Source: Sedimentisphaerales bacterium
GTDB lineage: Bacteria > Planctomycetota > Phycisphaerae > Sedimentisphaerales > SM23-30
Direction: 5' to 3'
NCBI GenBank assembly: GCA_963663805.2
Contig: CAXXMR010000012.1
Location: 416,001 to 480,000 of the forward strand
DNA: 64,000 bases
Below, in pieces: positions 47,721 through 58,365 of the stretch. The notes under the pieces were generated by a model that was not told the DNA's origin, ran no database searches, and saw nothing but the letters and a program-made list of their open reading frames with translations. Each line of letters starts with the position of its first letter. Within the stretch, counting starts at the first letter, position 1. The position numbers and the translations under genes were made by a program.

Positions 47721-49088
47721 CTATTCCACTCTCAGGGCATTAACGGCTGGTAATCTGCCGGCTCGCAAGGCTGGAATCAACGCCCCTAATACGCAGGCTA
47801 ATACCGCACACAAAACTATTGCCGCGGCCTGGCTAACATCCACCACATCCGGGATACGACTGATAGCATACATTGTGGGATCCCACAAACGAAATCCCCA
47901 GTGGCGGTTGAGCAAGGCTTCTATGTTGTTGCTGTGGGTGACGATTAGTACGCCAGCGGCGGTTCCCAGTGCCGAGCCGGTGATTCCGACCAGCAGGCCA
48001 TAGCCGAGAAACAGGGAACTGACGGCCCAGGATGAGCCGCCCAGACTTTTGATGACGCCAAGGTCGCGGTATTTTTCCAGCACGATCATGTAGAAAATAG
48101 CGAAAATAATGAAGACTGCCATCGAGCCGACCAGGACGAAAACCACGACCATCATGGCTTTTTCGTTTTCGGCAACGGCGATATGACTGCGGCGGAATTG
48201 TTTCCAGGTTTGTACTTTAACATCGGCGAGGAGGTTTCCCTGTGGTTCATGTCCCCATTTATTTTTAAAATTTTGCCAGAGGGTTTCGATTTCGTGAAGG
48301 GCGTGATTTAGTGAGACATTTTCGCTTAGCTTAACTCTGATTTCGTGGGCGCGTTTAATGCCGCCGTCGCTGCCGTCCATCCAGGCCAAGCGCTGCAACT
48401 GGGCGAAGTCGATGTACATTGCCATACGGTCGATATCGACGAGGCTGCTTTGGGAATCATCAACGTAATAAAATTTTTCGGAGGCACCGGCTCCGGTTCC
48501 GGCGAGCGTACCGCGCCAGGTCAGGCCAAAGACTGTCACGGTCCAGGCAGCACCACCGCCGGGGATAAGATAATTATCGTGCATGATTTCCAGCGACCTG
48601 GTATCCCAGCCGCTGGGCAACTGGTAAATGCCCATGATACAACCGTTTGAGGCCTGCTGAGGAGTCAAGCCCAAACCGATTTCGGGCACCTGGAAATTGG
48701 CATTTTTGTTTTGCTTCTGATGGTAGAGCGTATCGGCGAAATTTGTGGTCTGGCAAAACTCGTCCAGTCTGATGCCGTAGAGTTCGACGGCTGTTCCCTC
48801 ACTGAGCAGTCCAAAAGTATGGACTACCGCGGCGGCGTTATCGACAACCGGGGAATTTCGCAGCTCGGTCATGAATTCATCGTAGTAACCGAAGCCGACC
48901 AGCGAATCGCGGGTGATAACCATGTCGCCGGTCCAGGCGTGGTTGCGTGAGCGGGTGTCATTCAGCAGGCCGGTCATGACACTTAGTACGACCAGGACCA
49001 TCATTACCAGCAGAGCAATAGCCCCCACCGCCAGCATTGCCACGCGCCGGGTTATGAAGTAGCGCCATATCAACAAGAGCTTGAACAT
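47721..49088 (-). CDS. LolC/E-like (FtsX-family) ABC transporter permease
   Basis: VVLSVMTG N-terminal TM, EKYRDLGVIKSLG, PALRAGRLPAVNALRVE. Confidence 0.88.
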   Translation of the reverse strand: MFKLLLIWRYFITRRVAMLAVGAIALLVMMVLVVLSVMTGLLNDTRSRNHAWTGDMVITRDSLVGFGYYDEFMTELRNSPVVDNAAAVVHTFGLLSEGTAVELYGIRLDEFCQTTNFADTLYHQKQNKNANFQVPEIGLGLTPQQASNGCIMGIYQLPSGWDTRSLEIMHDNYLIPGGGAAWTVTVFGLTWRGTLAGTGAGASEKFYYVDDSQSSLVDIDRMAMYIDFAQLQRLAWMDGSDGGIKRAHEIRVKLSENVSLNHALHEIETLWQNFKNKWGHEPQGNLLADVKVQTWKQFRRSHIAVAENEKAMMVVVFVLVGSMAVFIIFAIFYMIVLEKYRDLGVIKSLGGSSWAVSSLFLGYGLLVGITGSALGTAAGVLIVTHSNNIEALLNRHWGFRLWDPTMYAISRIPDVVDVSQAAAIVLCAVLACVLGALIPALRAGRLPAVNALRVE

Positions 49089-49456
49089 TACTTCACCGCC
49101 CTTAGCAATTTCAAGCCTATTATGAAAAAAGCGACGGCGATTATTCCCAGTACAATCTTGCCGGCCCAGACCAGAACCATACTCTCGAAAATATCGTCGA
49201 GAGTGATGATATAGCCCTGCTGACCAAGAATGATGGCTGCGACCAGCGAAACTGACAGAATAAGAAACAGCACTCCTCTAACTCCCTCGGCAAAGTGTAC
49301 CAAGGGCGATGCTTTGGAATCGTGAGTTCTTTTTGCCGGAGCGGGGGCAGGGGCAGTTTCGGTTTGTTTAGACTGACCCCTTTCCAGTTTGGCCTGGGCT
49401 TTGAGCCGTTTTTTTTCGGCCTTGCCGAGAGTTTTTTGAACCTTTTTGTCATCCAT
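49088..49456 (-). CDS. Small membrane protein
   Basis: Basic N-terminus and two hydrophobic segments; abuts the lolC/E-like gene. Confidence 0.7.
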   Translation of the reverse strand: MDDKKVQKTLGKAEKKRLKAQAKLERGQSKQTETAPAPAPAKRTHDSKASPLVHFAEGVRGVLFLILSVSLVAAIILGQQGYIITLDDIFESMVLVWAGKIVLGIIAVAFFIIGLKLLRAVK

Positions 49457-49499
49457 GACCGGAGATTTTACCAGCGCCGGGAGGCGGGGACAAGGCCCA

Positions 49500-50294
49500 T
49501 TATTTTTTAAGGCATTTGGTTTTTCTGGTTCTCAGCAGGCCTACAGTGCCGGTGCCGAGGAATGCCAGAACCAAAGCGCCCGGTGCAGGGACGGCCGGCG
49601 GGGCTGAAGGAGAGGTCATTTCAACTCCCGCTAAAACGCCCCACTCCTCGAAACCGGCGTCAGCGGAGGTCCGCCAATTGTCGGATCTACTGTCATAGCC
49701 GAATTCTGAATATAAATATACGTAATCGTTCGTCTGACTGAAAAGGATATCCGGGATGAGCATTCTGACATCGCCGGAGCCGCTGCCGGGGCCAAACAAA
49801 ATGCCATTCATTACGACCCGGCTGTCGCCACTGCTGTCGAGATTATAAATCAGGTTGTTAAAAGCCTGAGGGTAGCCCGACAGAGCGGGTGAATTTTCGA
49901 CGAAAATTTTTACGACATCGAGCGAGATATAACGATTGCGATTGTTCTGCTCGTCAATATCCAGCAGGAATTCGCGGTAGTAGAATCCGTCTTTTTCGAC
50001 TACGGGTATATCACTGACTTGAATGGAATGGGTCCACAGGCCAGCCTTGGTATCACCCTCTACGGCGCCATCAGTATTATAGCCGGTCTCAACGCCTTTG
50101 CCCTGGATACGCAGGAAGGGTTCAAATACTCCGGTGCCAGTTGAGTTCGCGGGGTTATAGGTTTCGAACCAGGCGCCGTTAAGCCAGCCGGAACAGTCGG
50201 TTTTCAAAAGTTCCAGAGTAGAGCAGGCCCGGCCAGGGCCGCATAAAGATGTCCCGAATATCAACAAACCGCTTATCAGCACTAACTTCTTCAT
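49500..50294 (-). CDS. PEP-CTERM-type (VPAPGA) exported protein
   Basis: Signal peptide MKKLVLISGLLIF; STGTGVFEPFLRIQ; C-terminal VPAPGALVLAFLGTGTVGLLRTRK. Confidence 0.85.
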   Translation of the reverse strand: MKKLVLISGLLIFGTSLCGPGRACSTLELLKTDCSGWLNGAWFETYNPANSTGTGVFEPFLRIQGKGVETGYNTDGAVEGDTKAGLWTHSIQVSDIPVVEKDGFYYREFLLDIDEQNNRNRYISLDVVKIFVENSPALSGYPQAFNNLIYNLDSSGDSRVVMNGILFGPGSGSGDVRMLIPDILFSQTNDYVYLYSEFGYDSRSDNWRTSADAGFEEWGVLAGVEMTSPSAPPAVPAPGALVLAFLGTGTVGLLRTRKTKCLKK

Positions 50295-50489
50295 AGTTTC
50301 TCTCCGCAACAACTTCCAGGAACAGTCCTATAAGAACTATTCTGATTATCCATCCCCGGTCCCCAGCTCTATATCTATGGATTATATCACCGTTTTCGGC
50401 TGGTTGCGGGCGAGAACCAGGAATTTCGGAAAAAAGTTTCCGCTGATTGTGCCCCCCTTTGACGGTTGTAAGGATTGTAGCGGTTATTG

Positions 50490-52562
50490 CGGTCCGTTAT
50501 AACGAAAGATTAGCAGCGGGGAATCCTTAATCAAAATGGGTTTATAGTTTTTCGACCACGAATTTTCTCAGAGGGAGCATGGCTTCATGGCGTTTTCTTT
50601 CATTTTGGGCAAGCTCTTTCACGAGGTCAGCGGCGACTGCGCCGCCGGGGCGTTTTTCGTGAGTGAGCACCATTTTGGTGTATTGTTCGACCTGATTGAG
50701 CATAAGCTCGTTGACCTGCCCCAACATATCTGCGGGTATCGGTTTGCCGAAATCAGGCTGACCCGGTTTCAGGTCGAGCTGGGGCGGACTGCCGGCAAAT
50801 AGTCTGGGCCATAAGTCAAAGCGCGGATGGGAAGGAAAAAACGGGGTGGCGTAGGGGAAGTGGTCTTTCTGGGCATCAACGATAAATTTGGGTGGGTTGG
50901 CGGCTAATTGTTCTACCAGCCCCTTCACCTTGCCTTCCACAACAGCGGGTGCGTCGGTGTGCATATTGCTGTATGAGGGATGAAAGGTGGGACTGGTTTG
51001 TTTCGCAGCGATATAGATTCCGGGATACCAACCCCAGACGTAAAGACCGTCGCCGGGCTGGGATTGGGTTTTGATATATTCGCCAATTTTTTCCCAGGGA
51101 TAACCACCGGCCTGTTGGGCTGCTTTAATCTGGTCGAGGCGAGCGGCAAACTGCTCCCCAACCGGACCGGTACCGGGCAGGGGAATAATACCTGTCCACC
51201 ACAGTGCCAGGAATACACAGCAGAAATATAATAGTCCGCGTCGAATCGATGCTTTAGACGGTTTGCGTAACCAGAAGTAAAGGGCGGCCGCCAAGGCCAT
51301 AGCGATAATCTGCCACCATAAACCCGCCGGTATCGAACCTGAAGTTGCCAGTGTTAATATTAAAGCTGTTGCCGGCCAGACGATAATAACGATGAGCGGA
51401 GTGATGGATGCTGCTCTGAATTGACTGACAATATAAGCGGTAAGCATGGCGGCGGAGGCGTTCAAGGGCAGGTAGTACTGGACGTAACTGCGCGGCGAAA
51501 TCCAGATGAAGGCCATGTCCAGAATCCACCAGATTGCAAACAGGATTACCGCTCTTTCGGCCAGATAATAAGATTCGTTTTCCCGATTTGCGATTCTTTA
51601 ACTTTTTCCCGGTCTGATATATCCACCAGCCCAGGGCACTGAGGGCCAGACCAATGGGCAGGACAAAAGACAGATAATATCCCAATACGCTTTGGATCTG
51701 AGTATCGAAATCGGAGGCCTCACGGCTGGCTTCGACATAACCGCTGGAAACTTTGGCGAGAGCTCTGCCTTTGATAAAACCCAGGCCTGGTATGCGTGCG
51801 ATAAAACTGAACAACTGGTCGTGGCCAGCGAAAAAGATCATCAGAGGTATTAAACCTATTACTGCTCCGGCGAACAAAAGAGCGATATCCTGAGCCATTA
51901 TTTTCCAGGAACGTTGTTTCAACATTGGTTGGAGAATAATAAAAACGGCCATTGCGACTATTACTGAAACACCGGTTTGTTTGAAGAAGTAGGCGTTTAT
52001 CGCGGCGGCACCGGAAACCAGCAGCCACCACCAACCGCCGTCGGCATAGCGCAGCAGCAGAGTACAGGCGGCGATAACCATGCAGGCTATCATGTACTGC
52101 TCTTTGACGTTGCCGAATTTGGCGTAAGGCGGGGCGCTGAGGAAAAACGCCGCCAGAGTAACGGCGACAATTGCGGCGGCCGGTCCGTAGAGTTTACGGC
52201 AAGTATAAAACATCAGGCCCAGAGCAATTAGCTGCATTAACATCTGGATAAACTTGGGGCCGAATTCGCTGTATCCAAAGATCGCGACACCAATGACATT
52301 TACGAGAAGAGTCGCGGGGCGAGCGCTGGGAAAAAACATCTACATCCAGTTTGCCGCCGTTGACAATCTGCTGAGCGGAATAAATGTTCAGGCTGCTGTC
52401 AAACGGGTCGTGAGTGGAGAACTCTATATATTTACCGACCGCGAAGGGTATACCGGCTAGAACAATTACCAGGACTACGGGCAGAAGATTCTGTGGGTTC
52501 CAAAATTTCGCGGAGGATTTTTCAAGGTCGGCGAGCGGTGCTTTTTTTTTTCGACTGGTCAT
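50490..52562 (-). pseudogene. GT-C / ArnT-like membrane glycosyltransferase split by homopolymer frameshifts (or sequencing errors)
   Basis: Three overlapping ORFs (52194-52562, 51254-52339, 50542-51516) join after single-base deletions in homopolymers near 52335 and 51583; multi-TM; FKQTG and LYVWGW motifs; 3' end approximate. Confidence 0.75.
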
Positions 52563-53602
52563 ACAGAAGAACCTTTTTCGGTATCATTCATATCGTTTTT
52601 GTTGGTTTTTTTGAGCAGGCGGCGAATGATATAGGTGGGTTTGTTTTGGGATTCATGATAGGTTCGGGCGAGCATCTCAGCAAGCAATCCCATCAGAAAA
52701 AACTGTACGCTCGTCATCATCAGCACCGGGGTGAGGACCAGCAGCGGATTGCGATTCATGGCTAGATGGGAGCTATGGATAAATTTCATATACAACACTA
52801 CCCCGCCGGTAACGAATGACGTGAACAAAGTAAGCAGTCCGATAGTACCGAAGACGTGCAGCGGTTTAGTGCTGAAAGTACCGAGAAATTTCACGGTTAG
52901 TAAATCGAGCATGACTTTGGTAGTACGACTAAGGCCATATTTGGTGACACCCCGTTGGCGGGGGCGATGATTAACGACCATTTCGGTTACGCGTGCGCCC
53001 GACCAGCTCGCCAGAGCCGGGATAAAACGGTGCATCTCGCCATAAAGCCGGGTGTGGCTGACAACCTCACGGTTGTAAGCCTTGAGTGAACAGCCGTAAT
53101 CGTGCAGCTTTACTCCGGTGATGCGGGCAATGAGGGCGTTGGCTACCCAGGAGGGAATTTTGCGAGTGATTAGACAGTCCTTGCGGTCTTTACGCCAGCC
53201 GCTGACGACATCATAGCCTTCGCGGATTTTGGCAACCAAGGCGGGAACGTCAGCGGGGTCGTTCTGTAAATCGCCGTCGAGCGGTACGATTATTTCTCCC
53301 TGGGCGTGGTCAAAGCCGGCGGCCATCGCTGCGGTCTGGCCGAAATTTCTTCGTAGCCCGATAACTGTCAGATATTGATAATCCGCTCGCAATTGTTCGA
53401 GCAAATCAAAAGTTCCGTCGGTGCTGCCGTCGTCAACAGCAATCAGTTCAAAGTTCAGGTCGCCGCCGTTGAGAACCCGATCAATTTCACTGACAAGCTC
53501 GACGACATTGTCCCGCTCGTTGAAAAGAGGCACCACAATGGAAATATCAATCTTTGTCTGAGCCACCGGGCTATCTCCAGTCACAGCAATTATGGTCAGC
53601 AA
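52559..53602 (-). CDS. GT2 glycosyltransferase (DPM/ArnC-like polyprenol-phosphate type)
   Basis: SIVVPLFNE, VDDGSTD, RNFGQTAA, DGDLQNDP, YGEMHRFIP, two C-terminal TMs; true start probably slightly downstream. Confidence 0.92.
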   Translation of the reverse strand: MLTIIAVTGDSPVAQTKIDISIVVPLFNERDNVVELVSEIDRVLNGGDLNFELIAVDDGSTDGTFDLLEQLRADYQYLTVIGLRRNFGQTAAMAAGFDHAQGEIIVPLDGDLQNDPADVPALVAKIREGYDVVSGWRKDRKDCLITRKIPSWVANALIARITGVKLHDYGCSLKAYNREVVSHTRLYGEMHRFIPALASWSGARVTEMVVNHRPRQRGVTKYGLSRTTKVMLDLLTVKFLGTFSTKPLHVFGTIGLLTLFTSFVTGGVVLYMKFIHSSHLAMNRNPLLVLTPVLMMTSVQFFLMGLLAEMLARTYHESQNKPTYIIRRLLKKTNKNDMNDTEKGSSV

Positions 53603-53967
53603 GCTATTGTCTTATTGACAGTTATCGGCTGACAGACCTGAGCTGTACAGCATAAATTATAATGCCGCGGCCTGGGCGGGTCAACAGGCGTGTTTGGTCC
53701 CATAATCGACCACGAACGATTATTCAGGAAAACAGCGGAAAATGGCCGAAATAATAGGCATGGCAGAATCAAAAACATCCTATCAGAATATGGGCCCGGG
53801 CAGCAGAATTACCACGGGTATAACCGATGACGACCTTCAGTGGGCGAGCATCCTGCTTGGTATGGAAAACCGACCACTACCAAAACCTGGCCATCAGGTA
53901 ATCGTAGTGGTCGATGATTAGCGTCTTGCCGGGGGCTTGACGATATTTCAACTCAAACAGATAAGCG

Positions 53968-55104
53968 TCAGGATTTTTTCTGCGCCCATTTCTTCTTCAT
54001 TGCCAACATCTCACGGTTGGGTTTGACAACCCGGTTGGTGGTCTGATTACGTTTGTCGTAGAGCCAGCTGCCCTGGTTGTCACGCAGAACGGGCATACGT
54101 TTGGCAACCGGAGGCACCTTGGCAACACGTGAGGGTTTTTCGGAGTACCAGTAGGCGGTACTGCTCATCTCATTGCAGAGGTGGTTGGCGTGACCGTGCT
54201 CGATGGTGACTTTGATTTCCTTTTGAAATCGAACGGGATTTTCCAGATGGAAAACATAGCTGGTCTGATAACCTTTCGTATTACCTTCAAATAACGAAGA
54301 ACCGTTACGCCCCTGAGCGTTGGGCTGCATACACCAGGCCTGGTTAAGATAATCTTCCGAGCCGGTACCGTGAATGTCCGGGGGCCATTTGTAGCCATCG
54401 ACCCATATCATATCATCACCTTCGCCCCACCAGTCACCGTCGAAATTAGTGACACTTAAATTGCAGCCGATATAATGACCGCGGCCTTTGGTCTCCATAA
54501 TAACGTAGTTGTTTTCCCAGGCTTCCTTTTCCTTGTTGACCACATTTGATTCAGGGCTGTTGACCTGGATTTCCGGTCCCCAGCCGCCAAAAGGATTTTC
54601 CCGGTGGAACTCGGCGTGGAAGTAGCCGACTTCTTCAGGGGCTTCATCATAAGTTTCATAATCAACGTAGAAATACTGAAGGTGCCTTTCCTTGCTATCG
54701 TTAATAAGCTCTACTACCGCGCGTTCCTTGAAGGGCATGGGGACGTAGCAGTTGAGGGCACAGCCATTGTTGAAAGTGTTCTCCCGTTCGTGCTTGGTCG
54801 AAGCGGTGAACAGGAATGACTCGAATGAATTCACCATTCCGTGGCCCAGACAAAAGAAATCACCCAAAGGCACAAGCACGCTGGGATATTTGGCATTGTC
54901 CCAGGTGAAACGCAGCAGACATTCGCGGTAATGCTCAGCCTGAGTCATCCAGATATGAGTTATACAGCCGGGCCCGGTGATGTCGGCAAGAACTCTGGTT
55001 TCACCCGGCTCAATGAACCAGAAGTCATCGTTGCGACCGGTGACATCCCAGGACGAACAACGCCCGGTCCGGGCAGAACTGATACGCGCGAGATTCTCAA
55101 ACAT
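53968..55104 (-). CDS. DUF2961 / GH172-family protein
   Basis: GPGCITHIWMT, VPLGDFF, NCYVPMPF, WWGEGDD, HGTGSEDY, TIEHGH. Confidence 0.88.
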   Translation of the reverse strand: MFENLARISSARTGRCSSWDVTGRNDDFWFIEPGETRVLADITGPGCITHIWMTQAEHYRECLLRFTWDNAKYPSVLVPLGDFFCLGHGMVNSFESFLFTASTKHERENTFNNGCALNCYVPMPFKERAVVELINDSKERHLQYFYVDYETYDEAPEEVGYFHAEFHRENPFGGWGPEIQVNSPESNVVNKEKEAWENNYVIMETKGRGHYIGCNLSVTNFDGDWWGEGDDMIWVDGYKWPPDIHGTGSEDYLNQAWCMQPNAQGRNGSSLFEGNTKGYQTSYVFHLENPVRFQKEIKVTIEHGHANHLCNEMSSTAYWYSEKPSRVAKVPPVAKRMPVLRDNQGSWLYDKRNQTTNRVVKPNREMLAMKKKWAQKKS

Positions 55105-55218
55105 GTTTCAAACTCCTGTAACAAGCTTAATCTCTTGTAATTGAAAACCAAAAAACTACAGGCATTATTTTAGATAAGAATATCGCTTCGAGCAAGTAAA
55201 TTCCAAGATATGATTTTG

Positions 55219-57729
55219 TCAATCATCCAGTTTGGGATAATGGCGCATTTCGTCAATAACGGCACTGATTGCCGAGAAAATCGCAAAGACAAAAAATCCC
55301 CAGAGAAGTGATTTGGCTGAGCCGGTTTGCATTAGATTATATATACCGTAGATTAAACCACTTAATACACCGGTTAGCGCAGCAGAGGCAATGCGTCTGC
55401 CCAGGGTCATACCTCCGGCGAAGCGGGTCACCAGAGCACCGCTAATCAGCGGGACAAATAAAGACAGATACCACATATCTTTCAATGACGGCAGGCCACC
55501 TTCATTATTTTTGAGCAGATTGGCCGCCAGCACAAAAACGCCCGCGGAAAGCAGGGAAAGCAGTACAACTTGTGAACATCTCGACGGTATATTGGCGCGC
55601 TTTACCGCTCTGGCTTCCAACCGCTTACGCAAGGTAAGGGGATAGTTATAGAACGCCCCAAACACTCCATGCTCCAGCAAGGCACCTTTCTCGCCAAAGA
55701 CTGGGACAATATGCACGGCTTCGGTGGCCCAGTGCCCCGCCATGAAACGAGCCAGCACCGGATAGCGATAGGCCATCTGAATAGGAAAAGCCAGATAGCC
55801 TACGTATTTAAAAAAGCCCAGAAATACCGCGATATTATAATCTTTAAAATTCCGCTCCTTGATAACCATATAAAGCACATAAAAACCGCGACACAACGAA
55901 CCGGGAGAAATAGGAGTTACCTGGAAACCAGCTAAAATAAGCAGCATCTCACCCCAGGCATCACCCCAGCTTAAATTGTTAGCAACCTTATACCATATTG
56001 CCACAAACACCGAAACAACCTGAGTAACCGGCAGGGTACACACATGAACAGCCAGACTCTTGAGATATTTCTGAATATATGGTTCTTTTAGCTGTCCCAG
56101 AATAATATCAGCGTCTTCGTCGGTTATAAGATGATTTTTTTTGCCGGCAGTTACCATATCGCGCAGCCATTGTTCACGCAGGTCGGCATCGAAATATAAT
56201 TTAGCAGGCCGCACGAAAATATAATGCAGTTTTTCGCGAGCAAACTTACCATCAGTAAACATGCGATGCAAACCGACAGGCAAAAATGAAATCAGCAGAT
56301 GCCCCAGAAAATGCTTAGGCTTTCCCAACAGCTTTCGGGCGCGTTCTTCGGTCACCCGACCGGCACGATGCCAGACAATCAGCTTTTCGGCGATACGCCC
56401 CCGGATAGCCTGCTTGAAATAATCAAGGTTCAAAAGCAAACTGCCGTAATGCCTGCGCCAATCGGCCCGCCCCCATACTTTACGCAAAAACGTACCCAGC
56501 AGCGGAATAAGACCCAGCACAAAAAACATTAATGTCTTGAGTTTTGAGCCGCGAAGTTTCTTTTCGTTTTCGTCATCGATAATGTTGCGTACACGCCAAC
56601 CGGTCACGGCTGAATCAAAAATCGTCCCCCACAATTTCCCACTATATAAAAGCCGAACATGATTATGCGTCACATCCGGCAGGGAGTTGCGATAAATATC
56701 CTCGACCGTCTCAAGTTCATCAATTGCCCCATCTAAATCCGCAAATTGTTCGCGGTGTTCAGCTACAAACTTACGCAGCTTATCTAGATCGCCCCGGTCG
56801 AACTGCACCAGCGAACCACGGGCAAGACCTTTGCCAATCAACTTGAAGTCGCCCGGACTCATGGGCAAAAATGGCAGCAGTGCCAGACCCGCTCGAAAAT
56901 CTACCGCAATTAGTCCTTTGTCAGGCTGATTATCAAACTCATTAAGTTTGAGACAGTTAGGCTGACTTTTACAGGTACTCCATTCATATTGACGAGCAAA
57001 TTCATGGGCACCCATATCGTGCAGCAGCTTGACAAAATCTATCATGAAGGTTCGCTTGGCGCGATACTCCGGCGAGCCCAGCTTTGATTCATCTACTGCC
57101 CGGCCCTTCTGCCATTTTTTCAACAGGTCCAGCCGGTCATCCACTTCCAGTCGCCAGGTTCGGCCATCCACCCAGTCGCTCAGCTCACCGCAACTGCCCA
57201 GCGTGCCATCAACAAACGTAGAGAGTATATCATTTACCGCGGCGGTATCTCCGAAACGTATCTGAGCCCCCCGCCGAATAAACTTCTGCCAGAGCGCCCC
57301 GGCCCGAGCAGCGGCGGGATTGGTCTGCAACTGGAACGGGCCTTGAAAACCAATGGCATAAACCAGATTGCGGAACACTACCGAACCACCCGAAGGCGGA
57401 ATAAGAATTTTCATGGCGAACAGTTTATCGACTGTCAGCGAGGCCACTTCGCCATCGGCCCAGTCAATTTCCAAAATCCTTACCTGATAAACTTGGCCAG
57501 CGAACCCCCCACCGACAAATTTCTCGATACGCAGTTTCACCTGCCCTTTATGAGCGGGGTATACGCCGGTGATTTCATAGCTGAGTTCATCGCCGGGGTC
57601 ATAGCGGTCTAGCCGCAAGGGGCGATGCAACTTCGACGCTTCAAACTGAGCCTGAAGCTCCTTACAAGTTTCCACTGAATATTCTATAGCCATGCAACCT
57701 TCCGCAGCTAGTTGGTTTTCGTTTGCCAT
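55219..57729 (-). CDS. Large membrane protein with kinase-like N-terminal domain
   Basis: FVGGGFAGQVY..FAMK, SQPN and VDFRAG resemble degenerate kinase motifs; C-terminal TM helices. Confidence 0.6.
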   Translation of the reverse strand: MANENQLAAEGCMAIEYSVETCKELQAQFEASKLHRPLRLDRYDPGDELSYEITGVYPAHKGQVKLRIEKFVGGGFAGQVYQVRILEIDWADGEVASLTVDKLFAMKILIPPSGGSVVFRNLVYAIGFQGPFQLQTNPAAARAGALWQKFIRRGAQIRFGDTAAVNDILSTFVDGTLGSCGELSDWVDGRTWRLEVDDRLDLLKKWQKGRAVDESKLGSPEYRAKRTFMIDFVKLLHDMGAHEFARQYEWSTCKSQPNCLKLNEFDNQPDKGLIAVDFRAGLALLPFLPMSPGDFKLIGKGLARGSLVQFDRGDLDKLRKFVAEHREQFADLDGAIDELETVEDIYRNSLPDVTHNHVRLLYSGKLWGTIFDSAVTGWRVRNIIDDENEKKLRGSKLKTLMFFVLGLIPLLGTFLRKVWGRADWRRHYGSLLLNLDYFKQAIRGRIAEKLIVWHRAGRVTEERARKLLGKPKHFLGHLLISFLPVGLHRMFTDGKFAREKLHYIFVRPAKLYFDADLREQWLRDMVTAGKKNHLITDEDADIILGQLKEPYIQKYLKSLAVHVCTLPVTQVVSVFVAIWYKVANNLSWGDAWGEMLLILAGFQVTPISPGSLCRGFYVLYMVIKERNFKDYNIAVFLGFFKYVGYLAFPIQMAYRYPVLARFMAGHWATEAVHIVPVFGEKGALLEHGVFGAFYNYPLTLRKRLEARAVKRANIPSRCSQVVLLSLLSAGVFVLAANLLKNNEGGLPSLKDMWYLSLFVPLISGALVTRFAGGMTLGRRIASAALTGVLSGLIYGIYNLMQTGSAKSLLWGFFVFAIFSAISAVIDEMRHYPKLDD

Positions 57730-57882
57730 CGGTCCTCAAAGCCAGACCAGTAATTACTTTATCGGCATTTAAGAGATGGTACTCCGAAGGAAAGTCCGCC
57801 TTTTTGAGTCCCATAATATCACCCATTTGGCACAGTTGAACATGAGAAGTTGGTTAAAATATTGATATCGCGAGTCCGATAA

Positions 57883-58362
57883 CTAGCCCGCTATTGCCAA
57901 TCGATAAATGAATTGCAGTACTATCGCGGCGTAAACGCCAGCGGCAGCATCGTCGAGCAGCACCCCCCAGGTGCTTTTGAGCCGGTCGAAATAGCAGGCG
58001 GGCCAGGGTTTGAAGATATCGAAAATCCGAAACAAGATAAATCCTGCCGCGGCGATAATCAAAGCCTGTTTTGTCCCGCTCAACATTCCCAGACCGAGAT
58101 AGGTTATCGCCTGCCCGCACAGTTCGTCGCTGACAATCAGGCCGGGGTCGTCGCCATGTTTAGCGATAGCTTCCCTGCCGAAAGTCACCGTCACGACCGC
58201 TCCGTAAATCGCCAGCACAAGCATCAGCAGATTCATCGCCAAAGGTCCGGCTCCGGCATACCAGGCGAGCATAAACACTGCCGTCGTCACTGCCGAACCA
58301 CAAGTGCCCGGTACGAAAGGCGAAAGCCCCGCCCCAAAAACTGAAACCATCCAGCGATACAT
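57883..58362 (-). CDS. pgpA: Phosphatidylglycerophosphatase A
   Basis: PFVPGTCGS, DPGLIVSDELCG, FRIFDIFKPWP, GVLLDDAAAG. Confidence 0.93.
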   Translation of the reverse strand: MYRWMVSVFGAGLSPFVPGTCGSAVTTAVFMLAWYAGAGPLAMNLLMLVLAIYGAVVTVTFGREAIAKHGDDPGLIVSDELCGQAITYLGLGMLSGTKQALIIAAAGFILFRIFDIFKPWPACYFDRLKSTWGVLLDDAAAGVYAAIVLQFIYRLAIAG

Positions 58363-58365
58363 TCA

